This document shows, piece after piece, positions 45,195 through 54,939 of a stretch of 64,000 nucleotides of DNA. The position numbers and the translations under genes are program-made. Every line of letters begins with the position of its first letter. The stretch's first letter is position 1. Location of the stretch: assembly GCA_047602405.1 (NCBI GenBank), contig JASGHJ010000001.1, positions 1,888,001 through 1,952,000 of the forward strand. Reading direction: 5' to 3'. The stretch is from Anaeromyxobacteraceae bacterium. Lineage in GTDB: Bacteria > Myxococcota > Myxococcia > Myxococcales > Anaeromyxobacteraceae. The notes beneath the pieces were generated by a model. The model worked only from the letters and a program-made list of their open reading frames with translations. It made no database searches and had not been told where the DNA came from.

Positions 45195-45956
45195 GTGCAC
45201 GCCCTCCTGTACCCGATCGGTTACCCGCTCGTCGTCCTGCTCATCTTCCTCGGCCTCCCGGTCCAGGCGCTCCTGCTCGCCGTCACCGCGCCCTTCGACC
45301 CGAACCGCCGCATCGCGGGCCGGTTCCTCCGGTTCGTGGGCTGCGGCATCGCGGCGTGCTTCCCGCCGTGGCGGCTCAAGGTGAGGGGCGCGTGGCCCGC
45401 GGGCGGGCCGTTCGTGGTGGTGGCGAACCACCAGTCCATCCTCGACATCCTCCTCCTCAGCCACATGCCCCGCGAGATGAAGTGGGTGGCGAAGAAGTCG
45501 CTCTTCGACATCCCGTGGGTCGGCACGATGTTGCGGATGAGCGGCGACATCCCGGTGCTGCGCGGCGACGCCGAGAGCGGCGGCGAGGCGCTCAAGAAGG
45601 CGCGCGCCTATCTCGACCGCGGCATGAACGTGATGATCTTCCCCGAGGGCACGCGCTCGAAGACGGCGCAGCTCCTCCCCTTCAAGTCCGGCGCCTTCCG
45701 CCTCGCCATCGAGGCCGGCGTGCCGGTGCTGCCGGTGCCGGTGTTCGGCACCGCCCGCGGCATGCCGAAGGGTGGCCCGTGGGTGAACCCCTGCCGCGCC
45801 GTCGCGCGGATCCTCGAGCCCGTGCCGACCGCGGGCCTCACGACCGACGACACGAACAAGCTCCGCGACGAGGTCCGCGGCAGGATCGCCGCGGTGCTGC
45901 CCGAGCTCGAGCGCGAGACGCAGGGCGGGGGAGAGCCGGTCACCGCGCACCCGTGA
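45195..45956 (+). CDS. 1-acyl-sn-glycerol-3-phosphate acyltransferase family protein
   Basis: NHQSILD, FPEGTRS, PFKSGAF. Confidence 0.9.
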   Translation: MHALLYPIGYPLVVLLIFLGLPVQALLLAVTAPFDPNRRIAGRFLRFVGCGIAACFPPWRLKVRGAWPAGGPFVVVANHQSILDILLLSHMPREMKWVAKKSLFDIPWVGTMLRMSGDIPVLRGDAESGGEALKKARAYLDRGMNVMIFPEGTRSKTAQLLPFKSGAFRLAIEAGVPVLPVPVFGTARGMPKGGPWVNPCRAVARILEPVPTAGLTTDDTNKLRDEVRGRIAAVLPELERETQGGGEPVTAHP

Positions 45957-45961
45957 GGTCC

Positions 45962-46480
45962 ATGTCCCGCCTCGTCGCGCTCACGCTCGCCTTCTCGCTC
46001 TCCCTCCCGGCCTCGGCGGCGGCGGGCCCCGCAGAGCCGCCCCGCCCGTCCCGCCGCGTCTCCACGCCCGAGGACCTCGCCGCCATCCGCGAGGTGCTCG
46101 ACGGCTTCATGGCCGCCATCCGCACGAAGGACGGGAAGGCCCTCTCCGCGCTCGTGCTCAACGACCGGATCCTCTTCAACTCGCCCGGCGACCAGGCGCG
46201 GGTCGACGCCATCCGCCAGCACGACACGCACTTCGACGGCCTCGGGGCGCCCGGCTTCCGCGAGTTCGCCGAGTTCGTCGCGAGCGCGAAGGCGCCGATC
46301 GAGGAGCGCTTCTCGAACGTGCAGATCACCCAGGACGCCCACCTCGCCTGGGCGCTCTTCGACTACGAGTTCCTCGAGGGCGGGAAGGTCCAGAACTTCG
46401 GCGTCGAGGCCTGGCAGCTGCGCAAGACCGACGGCAAGTGGAAGATCTTCAGCGTCGTCTGGTCGCAGCACGCGCCGTGA
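45962..46480 (+). CDS. Secreted NTF2/SnoaL-like protein
   Basis: Signal peptide; AWALFDYEF....NFGVEAWQLRKTDGKWKI. Confidence 0.75.
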   Translation: MSRLVALTLAFSLSLPASAAAGPAEPPRPSRRVSTPEDLAAIREVLDGFMAAIRTKDGKALSALVLNDRILFNSPGDQARVDAIRQHDTHFDGLGAPGFREFAEFVASAKAPIEERFSNVQITQDAHLAWALFDYEFLEGGKVQNFGVEAWQLRKTDGKWKIFSVVWSQHAP

Positions 46481-46594
46481 GTGGCGGCGTGGCAATTCCT
46501 TCGGTTCGTGAACGATGTCCGGACAGTCCGGACATGGTTCGGCGGGCGAACGATGCTCCGGCTCGCGAATGTCGGGCCGGGCTATGATCCCCCC

Positions 46595-46981
46595 GTGCTC
46601 CCCGAGGAGTTCGCCCGCTTCAAGGACTACTGGCGGAAGGTCTCCCGCGGCCGCGGCTTCACGGTCGAGGCCGTGGCGCGCGAGCCGCGGGACGCCGCCA
46701 TCCCGCGCGTCGAGGCCGCGGTGCAGGCCCAGCGCGGCTTCGTGCTCGACTTCAAGCTGTTCAGCGACCTCTCGCTCGCGATGATCGTCGAGCTGGACGG
46801 CCCGGGTGTCGCGGCGCTCGTCGACGCGCTCCGCGCGCTCGGATGGCCGGCGGACGTCTCGCCGCCGCGCGACGAGCTCGCGGCGCTGCCGGCAGGCGCG
46901 ACGGTGGAGGGCACCGTGCAGGTCACCTTCCCGGAGGGGAAGGGCGAGCACGTCATCCCGACGCCGGCGGTGCCGGGGTGA
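46595..46981 (+). CDS. Hypothetical protein; start uncertain
   Basis: High-GC3 codon usage from the GTG at 46595. Confidence 0.55.
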   Translation: MLPEEFARFKDYWRKVSRGRGFTVEAVAREPRDAAIPRVEAAVQAQRGFVLDFKLFSDLSLAMIVELDGPGVAALVDALRALGWPADVSPPRDELAALPAGATVEGTVQVTFPEGKGEHVIPTPAVPG

Positions 46982-47466
46982 TCATCGGTAGACGGGTGCG
47001 CGACGAGGCGACCGTGACGAGCCGCCGACACCCGCCCCTGTTCACGTTGGCAGCGCTCGGGATGGTCGCGTGCCTGGGCTGTTCACGCCCTGGCTATCGG
47101 GTGCTCCTCCCGGTGAACTACGTGGGCTGGGTGGTGCTGAAGTGCGGCGTGCCGGGAGCTGGGACACTGCCTGAGGAGGACGGTTATGCCGTCCTGGACG
47201 TACCACCGGGCGGGGTCGTGGCGACCGAGCAGCGGTGTCGCGTCGGCGGATCGCGGGTGGTGACCTTCTGGAAGAGCGCGGACGGTCCGAGGAGCGCGCC
47301 CGACGCGCGGTCGAACTTCGTGACGGCGGGGCGGGACTACGACGATCGCCTGGGCAACGTGACCTACTTCTTCTTCTACGGCTCGGACGCGGCTTACGCC
47401 GAGTGTGGCCGCGAGCGCGACGCCGCAGGCCTCCCTCGGGCCGGGCGCTGCGCCATGTCGAGGTAG
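46978..47466 (+). CDS. Hypothetical lipoprotein; start uncertain
   Basis: Lipobox-like CLGC; LLPVNYVGWV; codon usage less biased than neighbours. Confidence 0.5.
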   Translation: MIIGRRVRDEATVTSRRHPPLFTLAALGMVACLGCSRPGYRVLLPVNYVGWVVLKCGVPGAGTLPEEDGYAVLDVPPGGVVATEQRCRVGGSRVVTFWKSADGPRSAPDARSNFVTAGRDYDDRLGNVTYFFFYGSDAAYAECGRERDAAGLPRAGRCAMSR

Positions 47467-47497
47467 CGCGGGGCGCCCCGGGCATGCACCGCGCGCC

Positions 47498-48289
47498 TCA
47501 ACTCCTCAACCGCCTCGCGAGCTCCCGCGTCGCGAGCCCGAGGTCGAGGTCCGCGACGAGCAGCCCCGCCTCGCCGTACGGCTGCCACGCGAGCAGCGTC
47601 CCGTCGGGCTTCACGATCGCGGAGGTCGTCGGCGAGCCCGCGCCGGCGAAGTTCACGCTCGCGATCCAGACGGTGTTCTCGGCCGCCCGGCAGAACAGCG
47701 CCTTCTCGTGGAAGCTGTTCGCCTCGTCGGCGAACCGCGCCGGGCGGTAGGAACCGGGCTCCGCCTCGCCGAAGTGCGGGTGGAGCACGAGCTGGGCGCC
47801 GCGCACGGCGGCCCAGCGCACCGTCTCCGGATACCGCCAGCCCTCGTGGCAGATCGCGACGCCGAAGGTGACCTCGCCCACCGTGAACACGTGGCGCTCG
47901 GTGCCGGGCGTGAACTGGCCGTCCTCGCTGGGGTCGAGCTGGACCTTGTCCTGCCAGCCGACGATCGCGCCGTCGGCGTCGGTCACCCGCGTCGTGATCC
48001 GGAGCGCGCCGTCCACGAGCCGCTCCGTGCCGAGCACGACGGCGACCCTGGCCTTCGCCGCGGCGCGGTCGACGGCGGCCCAGGCGCGGCCGAGGAACTC
48101 AGGGTCCGGCGGCGGGAGGGCGCGCGCCGGCGTCCGGTAGCCGGGGACGTAGCTCTCCGGGAAGCAGATGACCCCGGCGCCGCGGTGGCCGGCCTCCAGG
48201 ATCGCCGCCTCGGCACGCTCGACGGACTCCGCGGGCGAGGCCGGGAAGGGGAGGTTGGCGAGGGCGAGGCGGAGCGTCGGGGCGGGCAT
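47498..48289 (-). CDS. Carbon-nitrogen hydrolase (nitrilase superfamily)
   Basis: E-K-C triad motifs CFPE, QDKVQL, AICHEG; RAAEN. Confidence 0.9.
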   Translation of the reverse strand: MPAPTLRLALANLPFPASPAESVERAEAAILEAGHRGAGVICFPESYVPGYRTPARALPPPDPEFLGRAWAAVDRAAAKARVAVVLGTERLVDGALRITTRVTDADGAIVGWQDKVQLDPSEDGQFTPGTERHVFTVGEVTFGVAICHEGWRYPETVRWAAVRGAQLVLHPHFGEAEPGSYRPARFADEANSFHEKALFCRAAENTVWIASVNFAGAGSPTTSAIVKPDGTLLAWQPYGEAGLLVADLDLGLATRELARRLRS

Positions 48290-48299
48290 GCCCGGAAGG

Positions 48300-49623
48300 C
48301 TACCGCGCCGGCGCGGGCGGCGTCTCCAGGTCGGGCGGCGCGGCGCCCGACCTCGCGCGCAGCCGCGCCTCCGCGCTCGTCTCGAGGATGAGCCGCGCCC
48401 CGCGCCCGAAGGTCAGGTAGTGCCAGGCCCAGGTGAGGATCACGGCGATGCGGTTCCGGTAGCCGATGAGGAACCAGACGTGGACGAAGAGCCAGGCGAA
48501 CCAGGCGAGGAGGCCCGTCAGCCGCAGGCCGGCGAACTCGGCGACGGCGTGCGCGCGCCCGACGGTCGCGAGGTTGCCCTTGTCGAAGTAGGCGAACGCC
48601 GTCGTGGACTGCCCCTGGACCTGGTTCCAGATGTTGCGCGCGGCGTGGCGTCCCAGTCTGCAGCGCGGCGGGCGCCACGCCGGGGACCGGGCGGCCGTCC
48701 TTGCGCTTCACGGCGGTGAGGTCGCCCACCACCTGGATCTCCGGATGGCCGGGGACGGTGAGGTCGGGCTCCACCAGCACGCGGCCGGCGCGGTCGAGCG
48801 GGACCCCGAGCCCCCGCGCGAGCGGCGACGCCTGCACGCCGGCGGCCCAGAGCACCGTGCGCGCCTCGTAGCGCGTCTCCCCCACCGAGACGCCCCGCGG
48901 GTCGATGCCGGTCACGAGGGCGCCGGTGTGCACCTCCACGCCGAGCTCCACGAGCGAGCGGCGCGCGGCCTCCGAGCTCCTCGGGTCGAACGCGCCCAGC
49001 AGGCGGTCCGCGCCCTCGAGGAGGATGACCCGGGCGTCCGCGCTCGCGATGGCGCGGAAGTCGCGCGCGAGCGTGTACCGCGAGATCTCGGCGAGCGAGC
49101 CGGCGAGCTCGACGCCGGTGGGGCCGCCGCCGACCACCACGAACGAGAGCAGCGCGGCGCGGCGGGCGGGGTCCTGCTCGCGCTCGGCGCGCTCGAAGGC
49201 GGTGAGCACGCGGCGGCGGATCTCGACGGCGTCCTCGACGGACTTCAGGCCGGGCGCGAGCGGCGCCCACTCGTCGCGGCCGAAGTAGGAGTGCGTGGCG
49301 CCGGCGGCGACGATGAGGTGGTCGTAGGAGAGGGTGTAGCCGTCGGTGAGCCGGATGCGCCGGGCGGCGGGCTCGACCGCCTCGACGTCGGCGAGCACGG
49401 TGCGGGCGTTCGGCTGGCCCGCGAGCACGTGGCGGATCGGCGCCGCGATGTCGGACGGGTTCAGCGCGGCGGAGGCCACCTGGTAGAGCAGCGGCTGGAA
49501 GAGGTGGTGGTTCTTGCGGTCGACGAGGATCACGTCGACGGGGGCGTTGCGCAGGTTGCGGGCGGCCTCGAGGCCGCCGAACCCGCCGCCGATGATGACG
49601 ACGACCGGGCGCTTGGCGTTCAT
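48300..49623 (-). CDS. ndh: Type II NADH dehydrogenase; +1 frameshift near 48653
   Basis: IIGGGFGG, HHLFQPLLYQVA, VVGGGPTGVELAG; after the shift YFDKGNLATVGR, WLFVHVWFLIGYRNR; stop at 48300. Confidence 0.88.
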
Positions 49624-49763
49624 GGTCAGCCCATCTCTGTCGGCATCGCCGCGTCGCGTCAACGCCCGGGAGCGACAAAGGAGGCGGTGACGGACGTGTG
49701 CGGGCGGGTTAGATGACGCCTGGACGAAAGCGGGCAACCGCTGGACACCCGTCCGGGTACAAC

Positions 49764-50663
49764 ATGGCGCTCCGCTACCCCATCCGCGCGGTCTCGAAGC
49801 TCACGGGCATCTCCGTCGACACGCTGCGTGCGTGGGAGCGGCGCTACGGCGTCGTGGAGCCCGAGCGCGACGAGCGGGGCCGGCTCTACTCCGAGGCGGA
49901 CGTCGAGCGCCTGAAGCTGCTCCGGAGCGCGGTGCAGGCCGGCCACGCCATCGGGCGCGTCGCCGGGCTGCCCGTCGCCGAGGTGCGGGCGCTGCTCGCG
50001 CGCGGCGTCGAGCGCGTCGAGCCGCCGGCGGCGGCCGCGCCGGTGGACCTCTCGGCGCTCCAGAAGGCGGTCGAGTCGTTCGACGGCGCCGCGTTCCGGC
50101 GGGAGCTCTCGCGGCTCGCGGCGGTGCTGCCCGCGCGCGCGTTCGCGCGCGAGGTGGCGCTGCCCTTCATGCACCTCGTCGGCGAGGCGTGGCACGAGGG
50201 CAAGCTCACCATCGCGCAGGAGCACATGGTCTCGGCCGAGCTGCGCAGCCTCCTCGGCGCGCTCGCGCGGCTGCACCCCATCCCGGAGTCGGCGCCGCGC
50301 CTCGTGCTCGCGACGCCGGAGGGCGACCTGCACGAGCTCGGCACGCTCGCCGCCGCGCTCGTCGCCTCGGCGGCGGGGCTCGGCGCGGTCTACCTCGGGC
50401 CGGGGCTGCCCGCCGAGGAGATCGTCGGCGCCGCGCGGCGCACCGGCGCGCGCGCGGTGGTGCTCGGGCTCTCCGGCGGCGGCGCCGCGCCGGCCTCCGA
50501 GGCCGTGGCCGGCGCGGTCGCGCGCGAGCTGCCGGAGGGCGTGGAGCTGTGGCTCGGCGGCCCGGCCGCGCACGCCGCCGCGATGGCCGCGGGGCCGCGG
50601 GCGGTGGCGCTGCCGGACTTCGAGGCGTTCGAGAAGGCGGCCGCGCGGCTCAGGGCGGGCTGA
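49764..50663 (+). CDS. MerR-family B12-binding regulator (CarH/LitR-like)
   Basis: TLRAWERRYG MerR HTH; W-x9-EH (WHEGKLTIAQEH); EGDLHELG...YLG B12-binding motif. Confidence 0.85.
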   Translation: MALRYPIRAVSKLTGISVDTLRAWERRYGVVEPERDERGRLYSEADVERLKLLRSAVQAGHAIGRVAGLPVAEVRALLARGVERVEPPAAAAPVDLSALQKAVESFDGAAFRRELSRLAAVLPARAFAREVALPFMHLVGEAWHEGKLTIAQEHMVSAELRSLLGALARLHPIPESAPRLVLATPEGDLHELGTLAAALVASAAGLGAVYLGPGLPAEEIVGAARRTGARAVVLGLSGGGAAPASEAVAGAVARELPEGVELWLGGPAAHAAAMAAGPRAVALPDFEAFEKAAARLRAG

Positions 50664-50714
50664 GGCCGTCCCTCGTCTCCGCTGCGGCTGCGCCGCACGT
50701 GAACCTTGCTGCCA

Positions 50715-50769
50715 GGGAGGGGCCCCGCGGAGCTTTGCTCCGCGGGGAGGGGGGCGCCGAGCCCCCCTC
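50715..50769. repeat. Double-hairpin palindromic element (family B) between convergent genes
   Basis: ggggccccg-cggagctttgctccg-cgggg-aggggggcgccgagcccccct. Confidence 0.65.
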
Positions 50770-50774
50770 GAAAC

Positions 50775-51542
50775 TCAGTGCTTCGACCCGTCCGCGTGCG
50801 TGTGCTCCTCGGGCTGGTGCGAGTGGCCCGGCTGGCCGAGCGCGTTCCGGTGCTTCAGCGGACCGCGGAGGTCGGCGAGCCAGCCGACCCACTGGTCCAT
50901 GCCGGCGCCGGTGCGGGCCGAGACCTCGATGACGCGCGGCTTCGGCATCACGCGGGCGAGCGCGTCGTGCACGGCCTTCATGTTCACGTCGAGGTGCGGG
51001 ACGAGATCGCACTTCGTGAGGAGCACCAGGTCCGCGGCCTTGAACATCACCGGGTACTTGAGCGGCTTGTCCTCGCCCTCGGTCACCGAGAGGACGACGA
51101 CGTTCGCGCGCTGGCCGAGGTCGTAGATCGCCGGGCAGACGAGGTTGCCGACGTTCTCGATGAAGAACACGTCGAGCTCGCGCCAGGGGAAGTCGTGCAC
51201 CGAGCGGTGGACGAGCTCGGCGTCGAGGTGGCACGCCTGGCCGGTCGTGATGGCGCGCGACGGGATGCCGGCCTTCTCGAGGCGGCGGGCGTCGTTGTCG
51301 GTGGCGAGGTCGGCCGAGACCGCGCCGAGCTTCCAGCCCTTCGACGCGGCGGCCTTCGCGGTCGCCTCGAGCACGGCGGTCTTGCCGGCGCCCGGGGAGC
51401 CCATGAGGTTGAGGGCGAGGACGCCCGCCTCCTCGAAGTGCTCGCGGTTGTGCCGGGCGGTGCGGTCGTTGCCGGCGAGGATCTTCTCGTGCAGCTCCAC
51501 CGGGACGAGCTCGGAGTCGCCACAGCCACAGGTCGTGCACAT
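50775..51542 (-). CDS. hypB: Hydrogenase nickel incorporation GTPase
   Basis: MCTTCGC, GSPGAGKT, CHLDA, ENVGNLVCPA, EGEDKPLKYP. Confidence 0.95.
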   Translation of the reverse strand: MCTTCGCGDSELVPVELHEKILAGNDRTARHNREHFEEAGVLALNLMGSPGAGKTAVLEATAKAAASKGWKLGAVSADLATDNDARRLEKAGIPSRAITTGQACHLDAELVHRSVHDFPWRELDVFFIENVGNLVCPAIYDLGQRANVVVLSVTEGEDKPLKYPVMFKAADLVLLTKCDLVPHLDVNMKAVHDALARVMPKPRVIEVSARTGAGMDQWVGWLADLRGPLKHRNALGQPGHSHQPEEHTHADGSKH

Positions 51543-51544
51543 TT

Positions 51545-51889
51545 CTACGGTACCTCCATCTCGATGCCGTCCAGCATGAGCGCGTCGCCGCCTTCGTCCA
51601 GCTTGGCGGGCCGGTCGCAGTCCGGGCAGCGCAGGATCGCCCCGCGCGCCATGGGCTTCTGGCAACCCGGGCAGGACCAGGTCGCCTCGATCTTCTTCAG
51701 GGTGAGGGTCGCCTCCGCGCACATCGTGCCCGCGCGGAAGGTGTCGTAGGCGGTCTGGAAGAGCTCGGGGTCGACGCCCGCCATCGATCCCACGCGCACG
51801 TGGAGCGACACGATCCGCGTCGCCTGCCGCTTCCGGGCTTCCTCCTCCACGCGGGAGACGAGGGCCTCGACGAGAGAGTATTCGTGCAT
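51545..51889 (-). CDS. hypA: Hydrogenase nickel metallochaperone
   Basis: MHEYSL N-terminus, CPGC and CPDC. Confidence 0.93.
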   Translation of the reverse strand: MHEYSLVEALVSRVEEEARKRQATRIVSLHVRVGSMAGVDPELFQTAYDTFRAGTMCAEATLTLKKIEATWSCPGCQKPMARGAILRCPDCDRPAKLDEGGDALMLDGIEMEVP

Positions 51890-51920
51890 GCGGTTTGACT
51901 GGACCGGCCCTGGGGGCCGG

Positions 51921-53057
51921 TCAAGCCACATCCTTCAGGTCGGGGACGCCCCCGTAGGTGTGCCAGATCCGGCAGGTCCCTTCCATCGAGACCATGCAGG
52001 CGCCCACGGGGTTCTCCGGGTTGCAGCCCTTCTGGAAGAGCGTGCAGTCGGAGGGGTTCTTGAGGCCCGCCATGATGTCGCCGCAGATGCACTGCGAGGC
52101 GAGCTCGTTCGGCGCGTGGTCCCAGAGCTCGTGCACGCGGATCTCGAACCGCTTTCGCGCGTCGACGTGCGCGAACTCGTCGGTGAGCCGGAGGTTGCCG
52201 TTCGGGATGTGCGCGATGCCGCGCCAGCGGCCGCCGTGGAGCCGGAACACCTTCCAGAGCTTCTCCTGCGCGGCGGCGTTGCCCGCGGCGGAGACGCAGC
52301 GCGGGTAGAGGTTCTCGACCGCCGGCCGCTTCTCCTTCACGAGCTCGACGAGCTTCACGAGCGCCCCGAGCACGTCGAGCGGCTCGAAGCCGGCCACGAC
52401 CACCGGCAGCTTGTGGCGCGCGACGAAGGGGAGGAACACGTCGGCGCCGGTGATGGAGGCGGCGTGCCCGGCGGCGAGGAAGCCCTCGACCTTGTTCTCG
52501 GGCATCTCCGCGACGATCTCCATCGCGGGCGGGATGTACTTGTGGGCCGACAGCACCGAGAAGTTCTTCGGCACGCCCGCGAGCACGGCGGCGGCGGTGG
52601 CGACCGCGGTGGTCTCGAAGCCGGAGGCGAAGAACACCACCTCCTCGTCCGGGTGCTTCTCGGCGATCTCGACCGCCTGCAGCACCGAGTAGACGCTGTC
52701 GACCTTGCCGCCCTCGCCGACCGCGTCGGCGAGCGAGCGGGACGAGCCCGGCACGCGCAGCATGTCGCCGTAGGTCGTGATGCGGACGCCCTGGCGCGCG
52801 AGCCAGACCGCCTCGTCGATCTCCGGGCAGTCGGTCACGCAGACCGGGCAGCCCGGGCCCATGATCACCTGCAGCTGCCGCGGGAACGCGGCGCGCAGGC
52901 CGAAGCGGGCGATCGCCTGCTCGTGGCTCCCGCAGACGTGCATCACCGAGACCGGCCGGCCGATGTCGTCGACGAGGCGCTGAAGGGTCTCGGCGAGCTT
53001 CTTCGCGCGGACCGGATCGCGGAACTTCAGCTCCTTCGTGACGTCGGCGGGGGCCAT
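51921..53057 (-). CDS. hypD: Hydrogenase maturation protein HypD, second paralogue
   Basis: MHVCGSHE, GPGCPVC, GFETT, C-terminal Cys cluster with GACMVSMEGTC. Confidence 0.93.
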   Translation of the reverse strand: MAPADVTKELKFRDPVRAKKLAETLQRLVDDIGRPVSVMHVCGSHEQAIARFGLRAAFPRQLQVIMGPGCPVCVTDCPEIDEAVWLARQGVRITTYGDMLRVPGSSRSLADAVGEGGKVDSVYSVLQAVEIAEKHPDEEVVFFASGFETTAVATAAAVLAGVPKNFSVLSAHKYIPPAMEIVAEMPENKVEGFLAAGHAASITGADVFLPFVARHKLPVVVAGFEPLDVLGALVKLVELVKEKRPAVENLYPRCVSAAGNAAAQEKLWKVFRLHGGRWRGIAHIPNGNLRLTDEFAHVDARKRFEIRVHELWDHAPNELASQCICGDIMAGLKNPSDCTLFQKGCNPENPVGACMVSMEGTCRIWHTYGGVPDLKDVA

Positions 53058-53060
53058 GGT

Positions 53061-53915
53061 TCACCTTCCCTGGAAGCGCGGGGGACGCTTCCCGAAGAAC
53101 GCCTCGACCCCCTCCGCGAAGTCCGCCTGGTCGGCGGAGCGCGCGAGGTGCTCGAGCTCGACGTCGAGGTGGTGATCCAGCCGGTCGGCCTGGGCGCCCT
53201 GGGTGAGGAGCGCCTTCGTCATCGCGAAGGTGCCGCTCGGACCCTCGGCGAGCCGCCGGGCGAGCGCGGCCACGCGTCCGTCGAACTCGGCGACCGGGTA
53301 GACCTCGTTCACGAGCCCCCACTCGAGCGCGGTGCGCGCGTCGAGGCGCGGGTTGAGGAGCGCCATGCCCATCGCGCGCCGCAGGCCGACGAGCTTCGGC
53401 AGGAAGAACGTGGAGGACTCGGCGCCCGAGAGCGCAGTCTTCGCGTAGGCCCACTCGAACGCGGAGCGCTCGGAGGCGACCACGAGGTCGCAGCACATGG
53501 CGAGCCCGAGCCCGCCCGCCGCGGCGACGCCGTCCACCGCGGCCACCCACGGCTTCCCGGAGCGGCGGATCTCCGAGATGGTCGAGTGGAGGTACTCGAG
53601 GATCTGCTTGAAGACCGCGCCGAAGCCCTTCGGCGCGGGGCGCTGTCCGGGGGCGAGGTAGCCGAGGTCCTCCTGGGCGCCGCCCGCCTTGATGTACTTG
53701 AGGTCGGCGCCGGAGCAGAACGCCTTCCCGCCCGTGCCGCGCAGCACGACCGCCCGCACCGAGGGGTCGCGCGCGAGCTTGAGCCCCGCGGCCCTCAGGT
53801 CCCGCGCCATCGTCACGTCGAGCGCGTTGAAGCGGTCCGGGCGGTCCATCAGCAGGAACGCCGCGGCGCCGTCGCGCTCGATGCGGATGAAGCTCTGGGC
53901 GGGCGCGTCGGCCAT
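53061..53915 (-). CDS. Enoyl-CoA hydratase/isomerase (crotonase) family protein inside the hyp operon
   Basis: DRPDRFNAL, AFCSGADL, KPWVAAVDGVAAAGG, DFAEGVEAFFGKRPPRFQG; TGATG coupling to hypE. Confidence 0.9.
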   Translation of the reverse strand: MADAPAQSFIRIERDGAAAFLLMDRPDRFNALDVTMARDLRAAGLKLARDPSVRAVVLRGTGGKAFCSGADLKYIKAGGAQEDLGYLAPGQRPAPKGFGAVFKQILEYLHSTISEIRRSGKPWVAAVDGVAAAGGLGLAMCCDLVVASERSAFEWAYAKTALSGAESSTFFLPKLVGLRRAMGMALLNPRLDARTALEWGLVNEVYPVAEFDGRVAALARRLAEGPSGTFAMTKALLTQGAQADRLDHHLDVELEHLARSADQADFAEGVEAFFGKRPPRFQGR

Positions 53916-54937
53916 CAGCAGATCCGGGGGAGGAGCTCGCCCTCCGGCTCCGCCAGCATGCGGCGGCCGAAGCCGGTGTCGAGGATGACCGAGCCGGGGC
54001 GCTCGGCGATGGCGGTCGCGATGATCGCGGCGTCCCTGCCCTGCGGGTGGGCGCGGAGCGCCTCGAGGACCTTCGCGGCGGACCGCTCGCGCACCGCGAT
54101 GACCGCCTTGCCCTCGTTCGCGACGAGCAAGGGGTCGATGCCGACCATGTCGCCCGCCGCGCGGACCTCGGCGCGGACCGGGACGCTGCCCTCGTCGATG
54201 ATGATGCCGACCTTGCCCTTCGCGGCCATCTCGTGGAGCACGCCCGCGACGCCGCCGCGGGTCGGGTCCTTCATGGCGCCGACGTCGTCGCCCGCGACCT
54301 TCAGGACCTCGCGGATCATGCCGTTGAGCGGCGCGACGTCGGAGCGGAGGTCGCCCTCGAGGCGCAGGTCGTGGCGGCGGGTCATGATCGCCATGCCGTG
54401 GTCGCCGATGTGGCCGGTGACGATGATCCTGTCGCCGGCCTTCAGGCCCGCGTCGGAGATGACGCGGCTCGTGAGCGCGACGCCGGTCGTGTTGAGCACG
54501 ATCCCGTCGACCTCGCCCTTGCCCATGACCTTCGTGTCGCCGGTCACGATGGGCGCGTTCGCCTCGGCGGCGGTCGCCTTCATCGAGGCGACGATCTTCT
54601 CGAGGTCCTCGCGCGGGAAGCCGTCCTCGAGGATCACCGCGCAGGTGAGGGCGAGCGGCTCGGTCGCGCCCATCATCGCGAGGTCGTTCACGGTGCCGGA
54701 CACCGAGATCCGCCCGATGTCGCCGCCCGGGAAGAAGATCGGGTGGACGACGTGCGAGTCGGTGGTGACGACGAGCCACCGGTCGCCGACGCGGATCGCC
54801 GCGCCGTCGTCCATCTCGGCGAGCCCGATCCCGTCCACCGGCGAGGCGAGCTGCAGGAACACGTCCTCGATGAGCTGGCGCATCGCGCGCCCGCCCGAAC
54901 CGTGCTTGAGCCCGATCCGGGCGCCCGGCCGATCCAT
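53915..54937 (-). CDS. hypE: Hydrogenase maturation protein HypE
   Basis: HGSGG, TTDSHVV.PIFFPGGDIG, DPTRGG, C-terminal LPRIC. Confidence 0.95.
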   Translation of the reverse strand: MDRPGARIGLKHGSGGRAMRQLIEDVFLQLASPVDGIGLAEMDDGAAIRVGDRWLVVTTDSHVVHPIFFPGGDIGRISVSGTVNDLAMMGATEPLALTCAVILEDGFPREDLEKIVASMKATAAEANAPIVTGDTKVMGKGEVDGIVLNTTGVALTSRVISDAGLKAGDRIIVTGHIGDHGMAIMTRRHDLRLEGDLRSDVAPLNGMIREVLKVAGDDVGAMKDPTRGGVAGVLHEMAAKGKVGIIIDEGSVPVRAEVRAAGDMVGIDPLLVANEGKAVIAVRERSAAKVLEALRAHPQGRDAAIIATAIAERPGSVILDTGFGRRMLAEPEGELLPRIC

Positions 54938-54939
54938 CG

